This document shows, in pieces, positions 1 to 9,868 of a DNA stretch of 32,000 nt. How positions within the stretch are numbered: the stretch's first letter is position 1; each line of letters opens with the position of its first letter. The notes under the pieces are model-generated. The model did not search any database, was not told the origin of the DNA, and saw only the letters and a list, made by a program, of their open reading frames with translations. A program made the translations under genes and the position numbers. Origin of the DNA: Methanothermobacter marburgensis str. Marburg (GTDB taxonomy: Archaea > Methanobacteriota > Methanobacteria > Methanobacteriales > Methanothermobacteraceae); NCBI RefSeq assembly GCF_000145295.1, contig NC_014408.1, positions 330,001 to 362,000 of the forward strand, read 5' to 3'.

Positions 1-25
1 CTCATCAAGAAAATCAAATAAATAC

Positions 26-1093
26 TCAGGCATCAAGGGCACCTTTAATTCTTTCAAATATGATGTAGGGGTCGCTTCCGATGACTGAACTTCCAAAGAG
101 TTCCATACCACCCATATCAGATGATGCTGATGCAATGTTTCCGCGGTCTACGATTCTTATAATGCCCGGGATCTCCATTTTTGCATTAAATGGGTGCATC
201 GACAGGTTGAAGCTGTAGACACCACATTCATCTATCAGGCACCTTAATATCTTGAAGAGGTGATTCTGGAGATCAGAATCCTTGGAGGCATCTGTCTTAA
301 ATGTTATGATGATCTCCTTTTCCTTAAGGGGGGTTATAGTTGCATATACACGCGCTTCTCCTGATTCAGCACCAAGTCCAAGGGCACGGTGGACTGAAAA
401 GACATCATCATGGTATGATGAACCATAACGTTCCCTGTATCTCCTGGAGACATCATCAAGGAATGCAATCCTTGCATAGGGTCTCCTGCCCAGGAGAAGC
501 TGCATGTGACCGTGGATCTGGGATGCCCCCGCCCGTGGAAGGCAGTTCCATACCAGGAATGGAAAATGAAATCCCGAGGATTTCTCTGCCATTTTAAACC
601 ATTCTGAGGCTGTCATGATGTAATCTGAGAATTCCTCAAGGGTGAAGTCAAGGGGGTCATGTTTTCTGAATATCAGAAGGCCGCTCCATGCATCGTACTT
701 GGCTATGTTTGATGCTGTAATGGAGTGCCTTCCCACAACACGTCCGAAATTATCTTCAGGGGTGTACAGTTCTGGTTTGCAGAAGTCACACCTCTTTTTA
801 TCCTTGATAAGTTCATCAAGAACCTTTCTGGCGGTTTCAGTATCCGTAACGGGCTTTTTAAGGCGCATGGAATTAAAAAGTGATCCTTCACCAGTCCAGC
901 GGTTGTATGTGCTTATTATCCTTTGATTTTCAGCGGATTCAATAAATTTTGTCCCAAACCTCTCTTTGAGGCCTTCACTCACCTTAAAGTGTCCTTCACC
1001 ACATTCAAAATCGTATATGCGGTTGAATATCTCATGGATGTCCTTCTGCTCTCTTTTAAGATCCAGGAGATAGTCCCTGAGATGGGTTATCAT
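26..1093 (-). CDS. GalT-like HIT-superfamily nucleotidyltransferase/phosphorylase (HxHxQ type); substrate unknown
   Basis: 355-aa ORF. 'SQIHGHMQ' fits the HxHxQ nucleotidyl-histidine motif of the GalT/Ap4A-phosphorylase branch of HIT proteins. 'CDFCKPE' resembles the GalT CxxC zinc site. Only 24 nt separate it from the MutS-like gene upstream on the same strand, so co-transcription is likely. Confidence 0.6.
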   Translation of the reverse strand: MITHLRDYLLDLKREQKDIHEIFNRIYDFECGEGHFKVSEGLKERFGTKFIESAENQRIISTYNRWTGEGSLFNSMRLKKPVTDTETARKVLDELIKDKKRCDFCKPELYTPEDNFGRVVGRHSITASNIAKYDAWSGLLIFRKHDPLDFTLEEFSDYIMTASEWFKMAEKSSGFHFPFLVWNCLPRAGASQIHGHMQLLLGRRPYARIAFLDDVSRRYRERYGSSYHDDVFSVHRALGLGAESGEARVYATITPLKEKEIIITFKTDASKDSDLQNHLFKILRCLIDECGVYSFNLSMHPFNAKMEIPGIIRIVDRGNIASASSDMGGMELFGSSVIGSDPYIIFERIKGALDA

Positions 1094-1117
1094 GGTAAAT
1101 GATATATATTTTCAGAT

Positions 1118-3046
1118 TTATCCGTTTTTCTGAAACTTTTCAAGTATCCTCTGGTAAACCATCCTCTCATCGTCACATGACTTCTCATATATCATCCTTA
1201 TGATCAGTTCAGGGGTGCTCCTTGCAAGATAGTCTATCCTGGGTGTTCTATCCACAATGAGATTATAGTTCTCATCAAGCCCCCGCGCCTCGATACCATC
1301 AACCCGCACATCCACGTACTTGAGTATTTCACGGGCCATGTGGGTCACAATAACTGCGATGGATTCAGATTCCCTTATGAACTCTATGAAGGTTGCTATG
1401 ATCTTCACTGCGGCATCAAGTTCTGTTATCGCCTCAAGTTCATCGAGGAGTATGAGCTTTGAGCTTCCACTCATTGTTACGGGGGTGAAAGTCCTTATGA
1501 ATGACTCGAAGGCACCGGCATCCAGGGACCTCTTCTTTGAGATGAAGTGAATCTCCTCAACTGGTCTTACCATGGCCTCAAGGGCACATACCGGAAGCCC
1601 CATCTGGGCCATCATGGTCACCTGGGCAAGTGTCTCAAGAAGGGTTGTTTTTCCCCCACTGTTGGCACCGGTGAGGAGCACAACATTATCGGGGTTACCC
1701 AGTTTGTAGTCAATTCGCTGCGGGTTTTCTGATCCAACAAGGCTGAGGTGCAGTGCCCCCCTGAGGATGATCTCATCACCGAATTCTGGTTCAACGAGCC
1801 CGTAATCATGGGCGAAGAGACCAAGGGCGAAGCGGTAGTCGAATTCCATCAGCTCCCTTATTTCATTTTCAACAGCCTCTCTGAGTTCACTGAGCCTTGA
1901 TGCCGCATCGACCCTCCTTTCAAACCTCCTTATATTTCTTGATGCCGATTCAAGACGTTTAACCCTTTCAAGTTCCTGCTGATCGATCTTGAGGGGATAC
2001 GACTTTATGAAGGGATCGAACTCAACACCTGTCTTTCTCTTTATCATCTCACAGGCCTTTTTGAGGACATCATCGAATATCCTCTCCAGTTTACCAGTCA
2101 TACCCTGGTTGAGGAGGGCCAGGACCTCCTCGCCTTTAAGGTCGATATCCTTTATGAGGTCCCTTAATTCTGAATCAGCCCATGCCTTCACAGAGTTCAC
2201 GGCCTCATCAATGTCAACTTCTTCCTCTTCGAGACTACCCAGCTCGTCCATTATTGCAAGGACCTCATCAAGACAGGTTTCCATACCCAGAATCCGTTTG
2301 ATTTCAAGGGCGCCACGCAGGAGGTCAGTGTTCTCCCTGAAATATCCGAGGACATCCTCCGGCACGATCTCATGTCTTTCTGAATCTGCGGTAACCATTA
2401 CCGTGTTGAATGTGTCCTCAAGGTCAATCATTCCCTCGGAGTAGACATAGATTATCAGTTCGTATTCATCGAGTTCGCCCTGTTCAGGGTTCATTATCAC
2501 GGGATGGTAACGGTTGAGGCCCATGTCTATCATGTGATCATAGTCCTCTCTTGTCTCCACCAATATGGCCCTTGATGGATTGAAAGGGGGCCGGGCTTTT
2601 TCAGGCCTCTTAATTTTTTTCAGGAGATCCCTTAAATCTTCAACCGGAAGTTCAGATACCATTTTCTTTGATTCCATGACCATTTCAATATGGCTCCTCA
2701 TGGCATCAGTATCTGTTGAGGGGTGGAGGAGCGTTAGCCGGTTACGGGCATAGTCGGTATGGGCATATGAACTGATGGTCTCAACTATTTCCTGGTAAAT
2801 CTGAAACGCCCTTTCAGTTTTCAGGAAGGAGGGAACAGGATTTCCAAGGAGTTCACTGGTTATTTCAATGGCCTTACGCTGACTTATACCTTCAATCGAT
2901 GCGATTCTGTCAATTTCAAGGTTTTCAACCGCCTTTAAAAGCTCCTTTTCTCCCCCGAGTTCGTCTATTATCTTCTGCGCCAGTCTTTCCCCTATCCCGC
3001 TGACATCTGTGAGGGCTTCCCCGACAGAATTCATGGACTTCATCAT
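1118..3046 (-). CDS. Archaeal MutS-related ATPase (MutS domain-V type, no mismatch-recognition domain, no Smr) with N-terminal helix-hairpin-helix
   Basis: Walker A 'GANSGGKTTLLETL', Walker B 'LILLDELEAITE', N-terminal HhH 'GIGERLAQKIIDELGG'. The ORF track begins at GTG 3052. ATG 3046 lies about 27 nt from a TATA-like box (3066-3080), so a leaderless start is plausible. Confidence 0.8.
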   Translation of the reverse strand: MMKSMNSVGEALTDVSGIGERLAQKIIDELGGEKELLKAVENLEIDRIASIEGISQRKAIEITSELLGNPVPSFLKTERAFQIYQEIVETISSYAHTDYARNRLTLLHPSTDTDAMRSHIEMVMESKKMVSELPVEDLRDLLKKIKRPEKARPPFNPSRAILVETREDYDHMIDMGLNRYHPVIMNPEQGELDEYELIIYVYSEGMIDLEDTFNTVMVTADSERHEIVPEDVLGYFRENTDLLRGALEIKRILGMETCLDEVLAIMDELGSLEEEEVDIDEAVNSVKAWADSELRDLIKDIDLKGEEVLALLNQGMTGKLERIFDDVLKKACEMIKRKTGVEFDPFIKSYPLKIDQQELERVKRLESASRNIRRFERRVDAASRLSELREAVENEIRELMEFDYRFALGLFAHDYGLVEPEFGDEIILRGALHLSLVGSENPQRIDYKLGNPDNVVLLTGANSGGKTTLLETLAQVTMMAQMGLPVCALEAMVRPVEEIHFISKKRSLDAGAFESFIRTFTPVTMSGSSKLILLDELEAITELDAAVKIIATFIEFIRESESIAVIVTHMAREILKYVDVRVDGIEARGLDENYNLIVDRTPRIDYLARSTPELIIRMIYEKSCDDERMVYQRILEKFQKNG

Positions 3047-3065
3047 GCCCACTATGTGGAGTTAC

Positions 3066-3080
3066 TGGAATATATATGAA
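3066..3080 (-). promoter_or_regulatory. TATA-box-like element upstream of the MutS-like gene
   Basis: The minus strand reads 'ATTCATATATATTCC', centred about 27 nt upstream of ATG 3046. This is the typical archaeal TATA-to-TSS spacing. Confidence 0.4.
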
Positions 3081-3130
3081 TTCAGAGTGCACATGGAAAG
3101 TATTCAAGGTGGGCATCGGTAAGAATCCCA

Positions 3131-5527
3131 TTATTCCGCAAGACCCCTCCTGAAGTGTGATGCCGTTACCCCTGAGGGACCTTCCATTACAATGCGCTCC
3201 TTGATATCCGGGATCCTTTCGGGTGATTCAAGGGCACTCACATATGATTCAACAAGTAACCCGGTCCTCCTGGGGGATTGAATACGGCAGTCAATGGAGA
3301 AGTTCCTGAAGCCAGCGTCAAGAAGGGAGGGTAAAAAGTCAATGAGGCAGGTCTCCCTTGAATTCATGATTACCGTTTCACAGCCAAGGAGCTGATTTAT
3401 GGGAAATACAGCGCCCTTACTGTCCATGATCCCCCACCTGGAATCGGCGGATGTATCGAAGTCCGGCGGTGCGAGTTTCCAGAGGTTGTCCCGGGTCACC
3501 ATTGCGGTGAGGTTTCCATGGACGATGATTTCAGAGGGGACCTGAATCCTCTGAAGGTCCTGCCAGGATAGTTCAGGTGAGAGGGTCAGTAGGTTGAACT
3601 TGCCTGATAGGAGGGCCGCTGAGCTGGTGTTGAAAATGTTGAGGGCTGGTGATCCATACACCTTCACATCACAGTTTATCAGGTCAGGGATACCGTAACC
3701 ACCCACCATGAGGTCCATGGAGAGGTCCCCTTCAATTTCAAGAAGCCTTTCAAGGAGCCAGTCATGGGTTATGTCAGGCCACTTCCATACAGTTTCAGCA
3801 CCGTATCTGGATGAAACATCAGAGGCCCTCTCCAGAACACTGATGACGTCGTCACCGTCACAGCTTCTGAAGTCACCATGAACCTGGGGTTCCAGGTAAA
3901 CCCTACCTGCACCGGCCCTGAGGGCGGATTTCATTGCCTTGAGGTCCTCAACATAGACTGATATACAGGGGTCCTCTGGAAGTCTCATGGCAGGGTGATC
4001 AGATGCAGGTTTGGGATTGTGATGGTGGGGTCTTCTCTCTCTGAGTATCCTTCTTTCGACCCTCATCAGAAGTTCCCTTCTGAGGGCGTTGAGGCGGCTG
4101 ATGGGGTAGAAGAGCCCTCCGGGGTACCTGAATTCGGTTAAGGTAAGTCTGAATGGTTTATTCCCTGCCCTCAGCAGATGGTCCTTTATTGTGTCCTCCT
4201 GGAGGGGTCTTTTGAGGGCCCTCTCAAACTGTGTTTCAACAGATTCCCTGAGCCTCAACCCATTCATCATCCATTCTGCGGTTAGATCCACCATTCCATC
4301 TTTATCTGCACTGAATTTCAGTTCAATATCCCAGCACCTTCCTGGAGATGATCTTCTGAGTTTTTCAGTGAATTTCTGAAGGCTCTTCCTCCCTGTAAGG
4401 TAAACCAGAGTACCCTCTTTTACAGGTCCTGAAGGAACTGAGAGTAATCTGCCATGGTATCTATGGTCATGGACATACATTCCTTTACCTGTTCCCTGGA
4501 AGAAGAGTCCATCACCGGGTTCTGGCTTTATACGGGAGGTTATCCTTATATGGGCCCTGCCACCTGCGTACCTTTCAACATAGCCCACCGGGAGGCCCCT
4601 GTCACCGGGGTATTCCCGTCCCATGAAGTCCTCCCTGAAGAGGTGCCCTCCTGTGAGTGTCCTGTTGAAGGTAAGTCTTAGCTTCTCAAACTCCTCCTGT
4701 GATGGATTCCACACTCCCATCTTTATTTCATCAAGGGCCCTTCTGTAGACGCTTACGGTGGTGGCAACGTATTCAGGGGACCTCATCCGTCCCTCTATCT
4801 TCAGGGATCGGACTCCGGCTTCAACCAGTTCCTTGAGGTGCATGTAGGCTGAAATGTCCCTTGTGGATAGGAGGTACTCCTCCCTTAGTGGCACCCTCCT
4901 CTTTGAGGGTTTTAACTGAACGAGTTCATACCTTTTTCTACATGGCTGGGCGCACCGGCCCCTGTTACCGCTTCTACCACCTATAAATGAGGATAGAAGG
5001 CACTGGCCAGAATAACTGTAGCATAGGGCTCCATGTATGAAAACCTCAAGCTCCACGTCAGATTCAGCCGCCAGGGCCCTGACCTCATCAATGGAGAGCT
5101 CCCTTGCAGGTATAACCCTCCTAAGGCCCATCTTCTCAGCCCATCTTATCCCCGCCCTGTTGTGTATGGTCATCTGGGTTGAGGCATGGAATGGGAGGTC
5201 AAGGGATAACTCATCCCTCAGAACAAGGAGTGCGGGGTCCTGTATGATCACAGCGTCCACACCTGCACTGGAGAGTTCCTGGAGGTATTCAGCAACATCT
5301 GAAAGTTCAGAGTCCCTTATGAGGGTATTTACAGTTACATACACATTTCTGTCATGCAGGTGGGCGTATTCCACTGCCTCCCGAATTTCCTGCAGGCTGA
5401 AGTTCTCTGCATAGTGCCGTGCACCGAAGTCCTTCCCTGAGAGGTAGACTGAATCGGCCCCTGCATTGATGGCGACCCTGAAGGAGTCAGGTGAACCTGC
5501 AGGCGCAAGGAGTTCCGGGATTTCCAA
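3131..5527 (-). CDS. Peptidase-U32-family protein, double module, N-module with Fe-S cysteine motif (RlhA/TrhP/UbiU-UbiV-like putative anaerobic hydroxylase)
   Basis: 798 aa. 'EVFIHGALCYSYSGQCLLSS' matches the U32 signature ExFxxGALCxxxxGxCxLS, and 'GRCAQPCR' follows, giving CX6CX15CX3C. A second U32-like module starts near aa 520 ('ISVYVEDLKAMKSALRAGAGRVYLEP') and lacks these Cys. TTG start at 5527 with 'GGAGGT' about 9 nt upstream. Confidence 0.85.
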   Translation of the reverse strand: MEIPELLAPAGSPDSFRVAINAGADSVYLSGKDFGARHYAENFSLQEIREAVEYAHLHDRNVYVTVNTLIRDSELSDVAEYLQELSSAGVDAVIIQDPALLVLRDELSLDLPFHASTQMTIHNRAGIRWAEKMGLRRVIPARELSIDEVRALAAESDVELEVFIHGALCYSYSGQCLLSSFIGGRSGNRGRCAQPCRKRYELVQLKPSKRRVPLREEYLLSTRDISAYMHLKELVEAGVRSLKIEGRMRSPEYVATTVSVYRRALDEIKMGVWNPSQEEFEKLRLTFNRTLTGGHLFREDFMGREYPGDRGLPVGYVERYAGGRAHIRITSRIKPEPGDGLFFQGTGKGMYVHDHRYHGRLLSVPSGPVKEGTLVYLTGRKSLQKFTEKLRRSSPGRCWDIELKFSADKDGMVDLTAEWMMNGLRLRESVETQFERALKRPLQEDTIKDHLLRAGNKPFRLTLTEFRYPGGLFYPISRLNALRRELLMRVERRILRERRPHHHNPKPASDHPAMRLPEDPCISVYVEDLKAMKSALRAGAGRVYLEPQVHGDFRSCDGDDVISVLERASDVSSRYGAETVWKWPDITHDWLLERLLEIEGDLSMDLMVGGYGIPDLINCDVKVYGSPALNIFNTSSAALLSGKFNLLTLSPELSWQDLQRIQVPSEIIVHGNLTAMVTRDNLWKLAPPDFDTSADSRWGIMDSKGAVFPINQLLGCETVIMNSRETCLIDFLPSLLDAGFRNFSIDCRIQSPRRTGLLVESYVSALESPERIPDIKERIVMEGPSGVTASHFRRGLAE

Positions 5528-5556
5528 GTACTGTTACCTCCAAACAGAATAAGGAT

Positions 5557-6882
5557 TTATTTTATCTCCTCAAGGACCTCGGTAACTATCTTGAGGAATT
5601 TCTGTACAAGGGCCCTGTTCTTCTCCTCACTGGCCCTGACACGGTCCTCTTCAATTTTTCTGTGAATCGCAATTGCATATATATCTGCAAGGCGCTCCAT
5701 TACCTCAAGATCCCTTTCATCGTAGTCCCCATCCTTCCCTGAAACTGCGAGTATTCCCACAAGTTCATCGTTGAGTAGCGCGGGGCATGCCAGAAAGTTC
5801 TTTATTTCAATGTGGCCCTCAGGGACCCCCGTGGATTCAGGGTGCGAGGAGGGGTCATTTACGAGGACCGGTTCCCTTTTCCTGAGCACAAGGTTCCAGA
5901 GACCACCCATTTCAGTGGATTCGGCGTCCGGATGACATTCCTTCCCCACCTCCTCTGAGGGGAAGTAATTCCTCAGGCTGCCGTCTGACTCAAAGAAGCC
6001 AGCCATGCAGTATCTGCTGCCTGTCAGTTTTTTCGCCCTTTCAATTATGCTCGCAGATATCTCCTCGAGTGAAGGGGGGGGTAGGAGTTTCTTTGATATC
6101 TCTGCAAGGCTTTTGTTTATGGCAGTCTCCCTTTCAAGCGCCCTTCTTGCAAGTTCCTTTTCGGTGACATCCCTGTGGACACCCACAACCCCATTTATAT
6201 TGCCCTCAAAGTCACGGAGCGGTGATAGGGTTGTTTCAAAATGAAATTTACCCTTGGGCTTCCAGACCCACTCATAGCTAACGGTTTCCCCCCTGAGCGC
6301 CCTTTCAATCATTTCGCTGTGAATCCCGTCACCGAAGACCTCGCTAACCTTTTTTCCCTGAACTTCATCTGCATCAAGGCCGTATTCTGCAAGCGGCCCT
6401 GGTGATATCATGGTTAGGCTTTCATCACTGTCGGCAGTGAACAGTATATCCCTTATTGATGAGATTATGGCCCTGAAGAGTTCATCGTTCTCTGCAAGCC
6501 TCCTCTCCAGCTGGTGTTTGTGGAGTGCGACCTCTATGACGCTGTGGAGTTCCCGGTCCTCAAAGGGTTTTATTATGTATCCAAAGGGCCCTGTTATCTT
6601 GGCCCTTTTGAGGGTTTCCTCGTCTGAATAGGCGGTTATATAGATTATTGGAACCTTCATTCTTTTGGTTATCTCCCCGGCAGCCTCTATACCATCCATT
6701 TCCCCCTTGAGGACAATATCCATCAGTATGATGTCTGGCCTTGTTTTTTCAGCCATCTCAACGGCTTTTTCACCGGTGGAAACTGTGGCTGTAACCTGGT
6801 AACCCAGGGATTCAAGGCGCTGGCTTATATCAATGGCAACTATGCTCTCATCCTCAACCACCATGACCTTGGCTTTTGACAT
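5557..6882 (-). CDS. Response regulator: receiver (REC) + PAS + GAF domains, no recognisable output domain
   Basis: REC: 'VMVVEDE', phospho-acceptor context 'IILMDIVL', 'IIKPF'. The central segment is PAS-like ('[26 protein letters not shown]'). The C-terminal segment is GAF-like ('[33 protein letters not shown]'). SD 'GAGGTGG' lies 5 nt before the ATG. Confidence 0.8.
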   Translation of the reverse strand: MSKAKVMVVEDESIVAIDISQRLESLGYQVTATVSTGEKAVEMAEKTRPDIILMDIVLKGEMDGIEAAGEITKRMKVPIIYITAYSDEETLKRAKITGPFGYIIKPFEDRELHSVIEVALHKHQLERRLAENDELFRAIISSIRDILFTADSDESLTMISPGPLAEYGLDADEVQGKKVSEVFGDGIHSEMIERALRGETVSYEWVWKPKGKFHFETTLSPLRDFEGNINGVVGVHRDVTEKELARRALERETAINKSLAEISKKLLPPPSLEEISASIIERAKKLTGSRYCMAGFFESDGSLRNYFPSEEVGKECHPDAESTEMGGLWNLVLRKREPVLVNDPSSHPESTGVPEGHIEIKNFLACPALLNDELVGILAVSGKDGDYDERDLEVMERLADIYAIAIHRKIEEDRVRASEEKNRALVQKFLKIVTEVLEEIK

Positions 6883-7011
6883 GTTCCACCTCTATAATAA
6901 AATTAATAGTATAATTCTGTATCTAAAGCATTATAAACTTATGTTATGATTCCGTGTCATGATTTCGACCCTAGGGGAAGATATTTTACCTTCAGCGATA
7001 GATTAATCTCT
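6883..7011. promoter_or_regulatory. AT-rich divergent promoter region (response-regulator operon / tmk)
   Basis: 129-bp spacer with several TATA-like boxes: 'GCATTATAAAC' at 6936-6946, which read on the minus strand lies about 59 nt from ATG 6882, and 'GATATTTTACC' about 27 nt before ATG 7012. Confidence 0.4.
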
Positions 7012-7596
7012 ATGTACATATGCTTTGAGGGAATTGATGGGTCAGGTAAGACTACACATTCCGTCCTCACCGCGGAGTGGCTCAGGGAAAACGGATACAG
7101 GGTCTTTACCGTCAGGGAACCAACAGACTCCAGGATAGGGGGCCTTATAAGGGAGATGCTCTCCAGTCCCGATGCCAGGACCCCCGATGGGCAGAGGATA
7201 CTGGCACTGCTCTTTGCAGCGGACCGCCTGACCCTCAGAAGTAAAATTGAGGGGGAGTGGAGTGGAAGTGTTGTGGTGAGTGACCGGTGCTACTATTCCA
7301 GCATGGTTTACCAGGAACCCGCTGAATGGGTTTCTGAGATAAACAGGTTTGCACCACAACCGGATATAGTCATACTCCTTGACCTTGATGTTGAACTGGC
7401 AATGGAGAGATGTGGTGGTACCGATGAATTTGAGGACCCCTCATTTCTTTCACGTGTCAGGGAGAGGTACCTTGAACTCGCCGATAAAAATGAATTTTAC
7501 ATTGTTGATGCAGCAAGGGGGCTCAACATCATCCAGAGGGATATAAGGAGGATAATCGCCCCCCATCTTGGAATATGCCCTGATGGGATAAGATAG
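7012..7596 (+). CDS. tmk: Thymidylate kinase
   Basis: P-loop 'FEGIDGSGKTT' directly after Met at 7012, and the DR motif 'VVSDRCYY'. The ORF-track start at 6946 adds 22 residues with no counterpart in Tmk, so I prefer 7012. Confidence 0.85.
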   Translation: MYICFEGIDGSGKTTHSVLTAEWLRENGYRVFTVREPTDSRIGGLIREMLSSPDARTPDGQRILALLFAADRLTLRSKIEGEWSGSVVVSDRCYYSSMVYQEPAEWVSEINRFAPQPDIVILLDLDVELAMERCGGTDEFEDPSFLSRVRERYLELADKNEFYIVDAARGLNIIQRDIRRIIAPHLGICPDGIR

Positions 7597-7612
7597 ATTC
7601 AGGGGGATGCAT

Positions 7613-7822
7613 TTATTTTTCCTGGGACCCTGGATTCTCGAGTTCCTCTATCCTCTTTCTGATGGACTCAAGGATACGTTCCCTTGCCCTTTCAAGTTCC
7701 TCCAGCTCACCCCTCAAGACGGGGCCATCGTCTGTCTGTATCAGTTCAACCTCGTATTCATCAATTATCTCAGCCATTGTTGTGTGTGTTATACCTGGCG
7801 GAAGTCTCATGTCATACAGCAT
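7613..7822 (-). CDS. Small acidic coiled-coil protein, unknown function (tentative)
   Basis: 69-codon ORF whose ATG (7822-7820) directly abuts the tyrS TAG stop (7825-7823). The C-terminal half is a charged helix, 'GELEELERARERILESIRKRIEELE'. No motif recognised. Confidence 0.45.
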   Translation of the reverse strand: MLYDMRLPPGITHTTMAEIIDEYEVELIQTDDGPVLRGELEELERARERILESIRKRIEELENPGSQEK

Positions 7823-8782
7823 CTAAACACCTTCCATGTAATCTCTTACAGGTCTCAGCATGTCAGTAAGGTAATCAGAGACCGCATTCTTCAGGTCCAG
7901 CGGGTGAAGGTCGCCGCTGGAGTAGATATTCAGGAGTTCGTCAAGGTCCAGCTCAAGGTCGCCCCCGAATTTCTCAGGGCGCCTTATGGTCATCCTGCCA
8001 TATTCTGGCATTATGAAGTACTTCACGATTTCGATGATCGGGTTACCCTCCAGCTCCCCCATGGGACAGTAACTTCCCTTCACCTTTTCCCTTATCTCAG
8101 CGGGGGAGTCGTCCACTGCAATGAAGTTACCCTTGCTGGAGGACATCTTCTCTGAGCCATCGGTGCCGTGGAGAAGTGGAGTGTGTATGCACACTGGAGC
8201 ATCGAAGCCGAGTCTGGGGAGGTTCTCACGTGCCAGCATATGTATCTTTCGCTGCTCCATTCCCCCCAGCGCCACATCCACATCAAGGTAGACCATATCG
8301 ATGACCTGCATGAGGGGGTAAATAACCTCTGCAACCTTGTGGTCCTCTGATTCCCGTGTTATCTGGGCCATACTTCTCCTGGCCCGGAGGAGTGTTGTTA
8401 TGAGGGCCATTCTGTATACAAGGTCCGTGTACTCTGGCTGCGTCTGGAATGATGAACCCAGTACGAACTCGGTTCTATCGGGTGAGAGTCCAAGTGCCAG
8501 GAAGCATTTTCTGTTGTAATCTGCCATCTCCCTTATCCGCTCCATGCTGCCCTTACCATTGAGGTATGCATGGTAGTCTGCAAGGAGTATCTTGACCCTG
8601 AAGCCGGCATCCTGCAGTTCCCTGAGCTTTCTTATGGTTATGGCGTGTCCCAGATGAACCTTACCTGAGGGTTCATAGCCTGTGTAGACAACCGGTTCAT
8701 CCTTCTTCATGACCTCCAGCAGTTCATCGGGTGTTATGACCTCAAGAACATCACGGGTTATGGTGTCGAGCGTATCATCCAT
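7823..8782 (-). CDS. tyrS: Tyrosyl-tRNA synthetase
   Basis: HIGH motif 'KVHLGHAI', KMSKS motif 'KMSSS', archaeal TyrRS length. Starting at MDDTL (8782) avoids a 20-nt overlap with the upstream gene. Confidence 0.9.
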   Translation of the reverse strand: MDDTLDTITRDVLEVITPDELLEVMKKDEPVVYTGYEPSGKVHLGHAITIRKLRELQDAGFRVKILLADYHAYLNGKGSMERIREMADYNRKCFLALGLSPDRTEFVLGSSFQTQPEYTDLVYRMALITTLLRARRSMAQITRESEDHKVAEVIYPLMQVIDMVYLDVDVALGGMEQRKIHMLARENLPRLGFDAPVCIHTPLLHGTDGSEKMSSSKGNFIAVDDSPAEIREKVKGSYCPMGELEGNPIIEIVKYFIMPEYGRMTIRRPEKFGGDLELDLDELLNIYSSGDLHPLDLKNAVSDYLTDMLRPVRDYMEGV

Positions 8783-8786
8783 CAGA

Positions 8787-9842
8787 TCATTCCTCCGCCT
8801 CATCAATGATGTAGAGTCTCTTCTTAATTTCTATAACAGGAACCTGTTCTCCTATCTCAAGTTTTGATGTGTAACTGTCAGCTTCAAGGTCCACGGGTTC
8901 GTATGTTTCAGGGTGAAGCACCTGTATCCTGCCGGGGGATCTCGCTGTTACCGTGGTTGTCTTAACATCAGCGGCCCTCGCAACGAGGTCAATGTTTTCA
9001 TATTCCCCCCAGAGTATGTTCTTCACGTCACGGGTTTCAAGGTCCTTCACACTCACCCCGCGCTTTCTGAGGTCAAGGACCGTGAGCATGCGGTCCCTGT
9101 GCAGCAGGAAGTCTCCTCTTCTGAAATCAGGGAGTCTGAGTGAGATCCATGTCCTGTAGAGTCCCTTGCCGCTTGACCTATCCTGCCCCATTAGCCGGGG
9201 TGACTCACGGGCAATACCGCCAAGCTCCTCCCTAAGGGCGCTTACAACCTTTCTGGCGGATTTATGGGATCCTATGTAGTAGTCGATCCCCTCGTTCACC
9301 TCAATCCTCTGGGGTAGGTATGCCAGCTTATCCCTCCTTGAAAGCTTCAGGAGGGTCCTTTTAACTGTCAGGTCAGCCTTTTCTATTTCTGATTTGTCCA
9401 GTTCTCTTCCATCGGCCCTTAACTGTATCACAGCCTCGTAGTAACCTGAAGCCTGTTTGCTGCAGGCAGGACAGACAGTGTTTGTGAGGCGGACCTCTAC
9501 CCCGTACTCCTGGCTCACCATCCTTCCAAGGACCTCAGCATCAACCTCCACCAGGCACTGGTAGATGGTCCCCCTCTGCTGTATTATTTCCAGTTCGATT
9601 TCAGGGTTTTCAACAGGGGGTTCCCAGCTAATATTCTCCTCAAGGGCCCTGTATACTATTTCCTCCTCAGGGAGGCCCTCGTCCACCCACTGGCCACTTA
9701 TCAGCTTCGCATGGCAGTGGCTGCACACATAAACCTCTATTCCGGAGGGAATGCTGAGGATGGTGTAGTCCTCAAGGAAACAGTCCCTGCATAGTCCATC
9801 ATATAATTCAGAATCAGAACTACCGCATCTGACACAGAACAT
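8787..9842 (-). CDS. NMD3-family protein (archaeal homologue of the 60S export adaptor)
   Basis: N-terminal Cys pairs 'CVRCGS..CRDCF', 'CSHCH', 'CPAC', typical of the NMD3 zinc-binding N-domain. 351 aa. Confidence 0.8.
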   Translation of the reverse strand: MFCVRCGSSDSELYDGLCRDCFLEDYTILSIPSGIEVYVCSHCHAKLISGQWVDEGLPEEEIVYRALEENISWEPPVENPEIELEIIQQRGTIYQCLVEVDAEVLGRMVSQEYGVEVRLTNTVCPACSKQASGYYEAVIQLRADGRELDKSEIEKADLTVKRTLLKLSRRDKLAYLPQRIEVNEGIDYYIGSHKSARKVVSALREELGGIARESPRLMGQDRSSGKGLYRTWISLRLPDFRRGDFLLHRDRMLTVLDLRKRGVSVKDLETRDVKNILWGEYENIDLVARAADVKTTTVTARSPGRIQVLHPETYEPVDLEADSYTSKLEIGEQVPVIEIKKRLYIIDEAEE

Positions 9843-9868
9843 TTTCTATAGCTGCTCCTCTATCTTCT

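Noticed and set aside
1320-5414. Plus-strand ORFs of 61-151 aa inside the MutS-like and U32 genes (e.g. 1989-2444, 5037-5414)
   Set aside because: They are antisense shadow ORFs with low-complexity Ser-rich products. The minus-strand genes carry clear family motifs.
7607-8155. 182-aa plus-strand ORF
   Set aside because: It is fully antisense to tyrS, which has HIGH and KMSKS motifs. The plus-strand product has no motifs and an odd composition.
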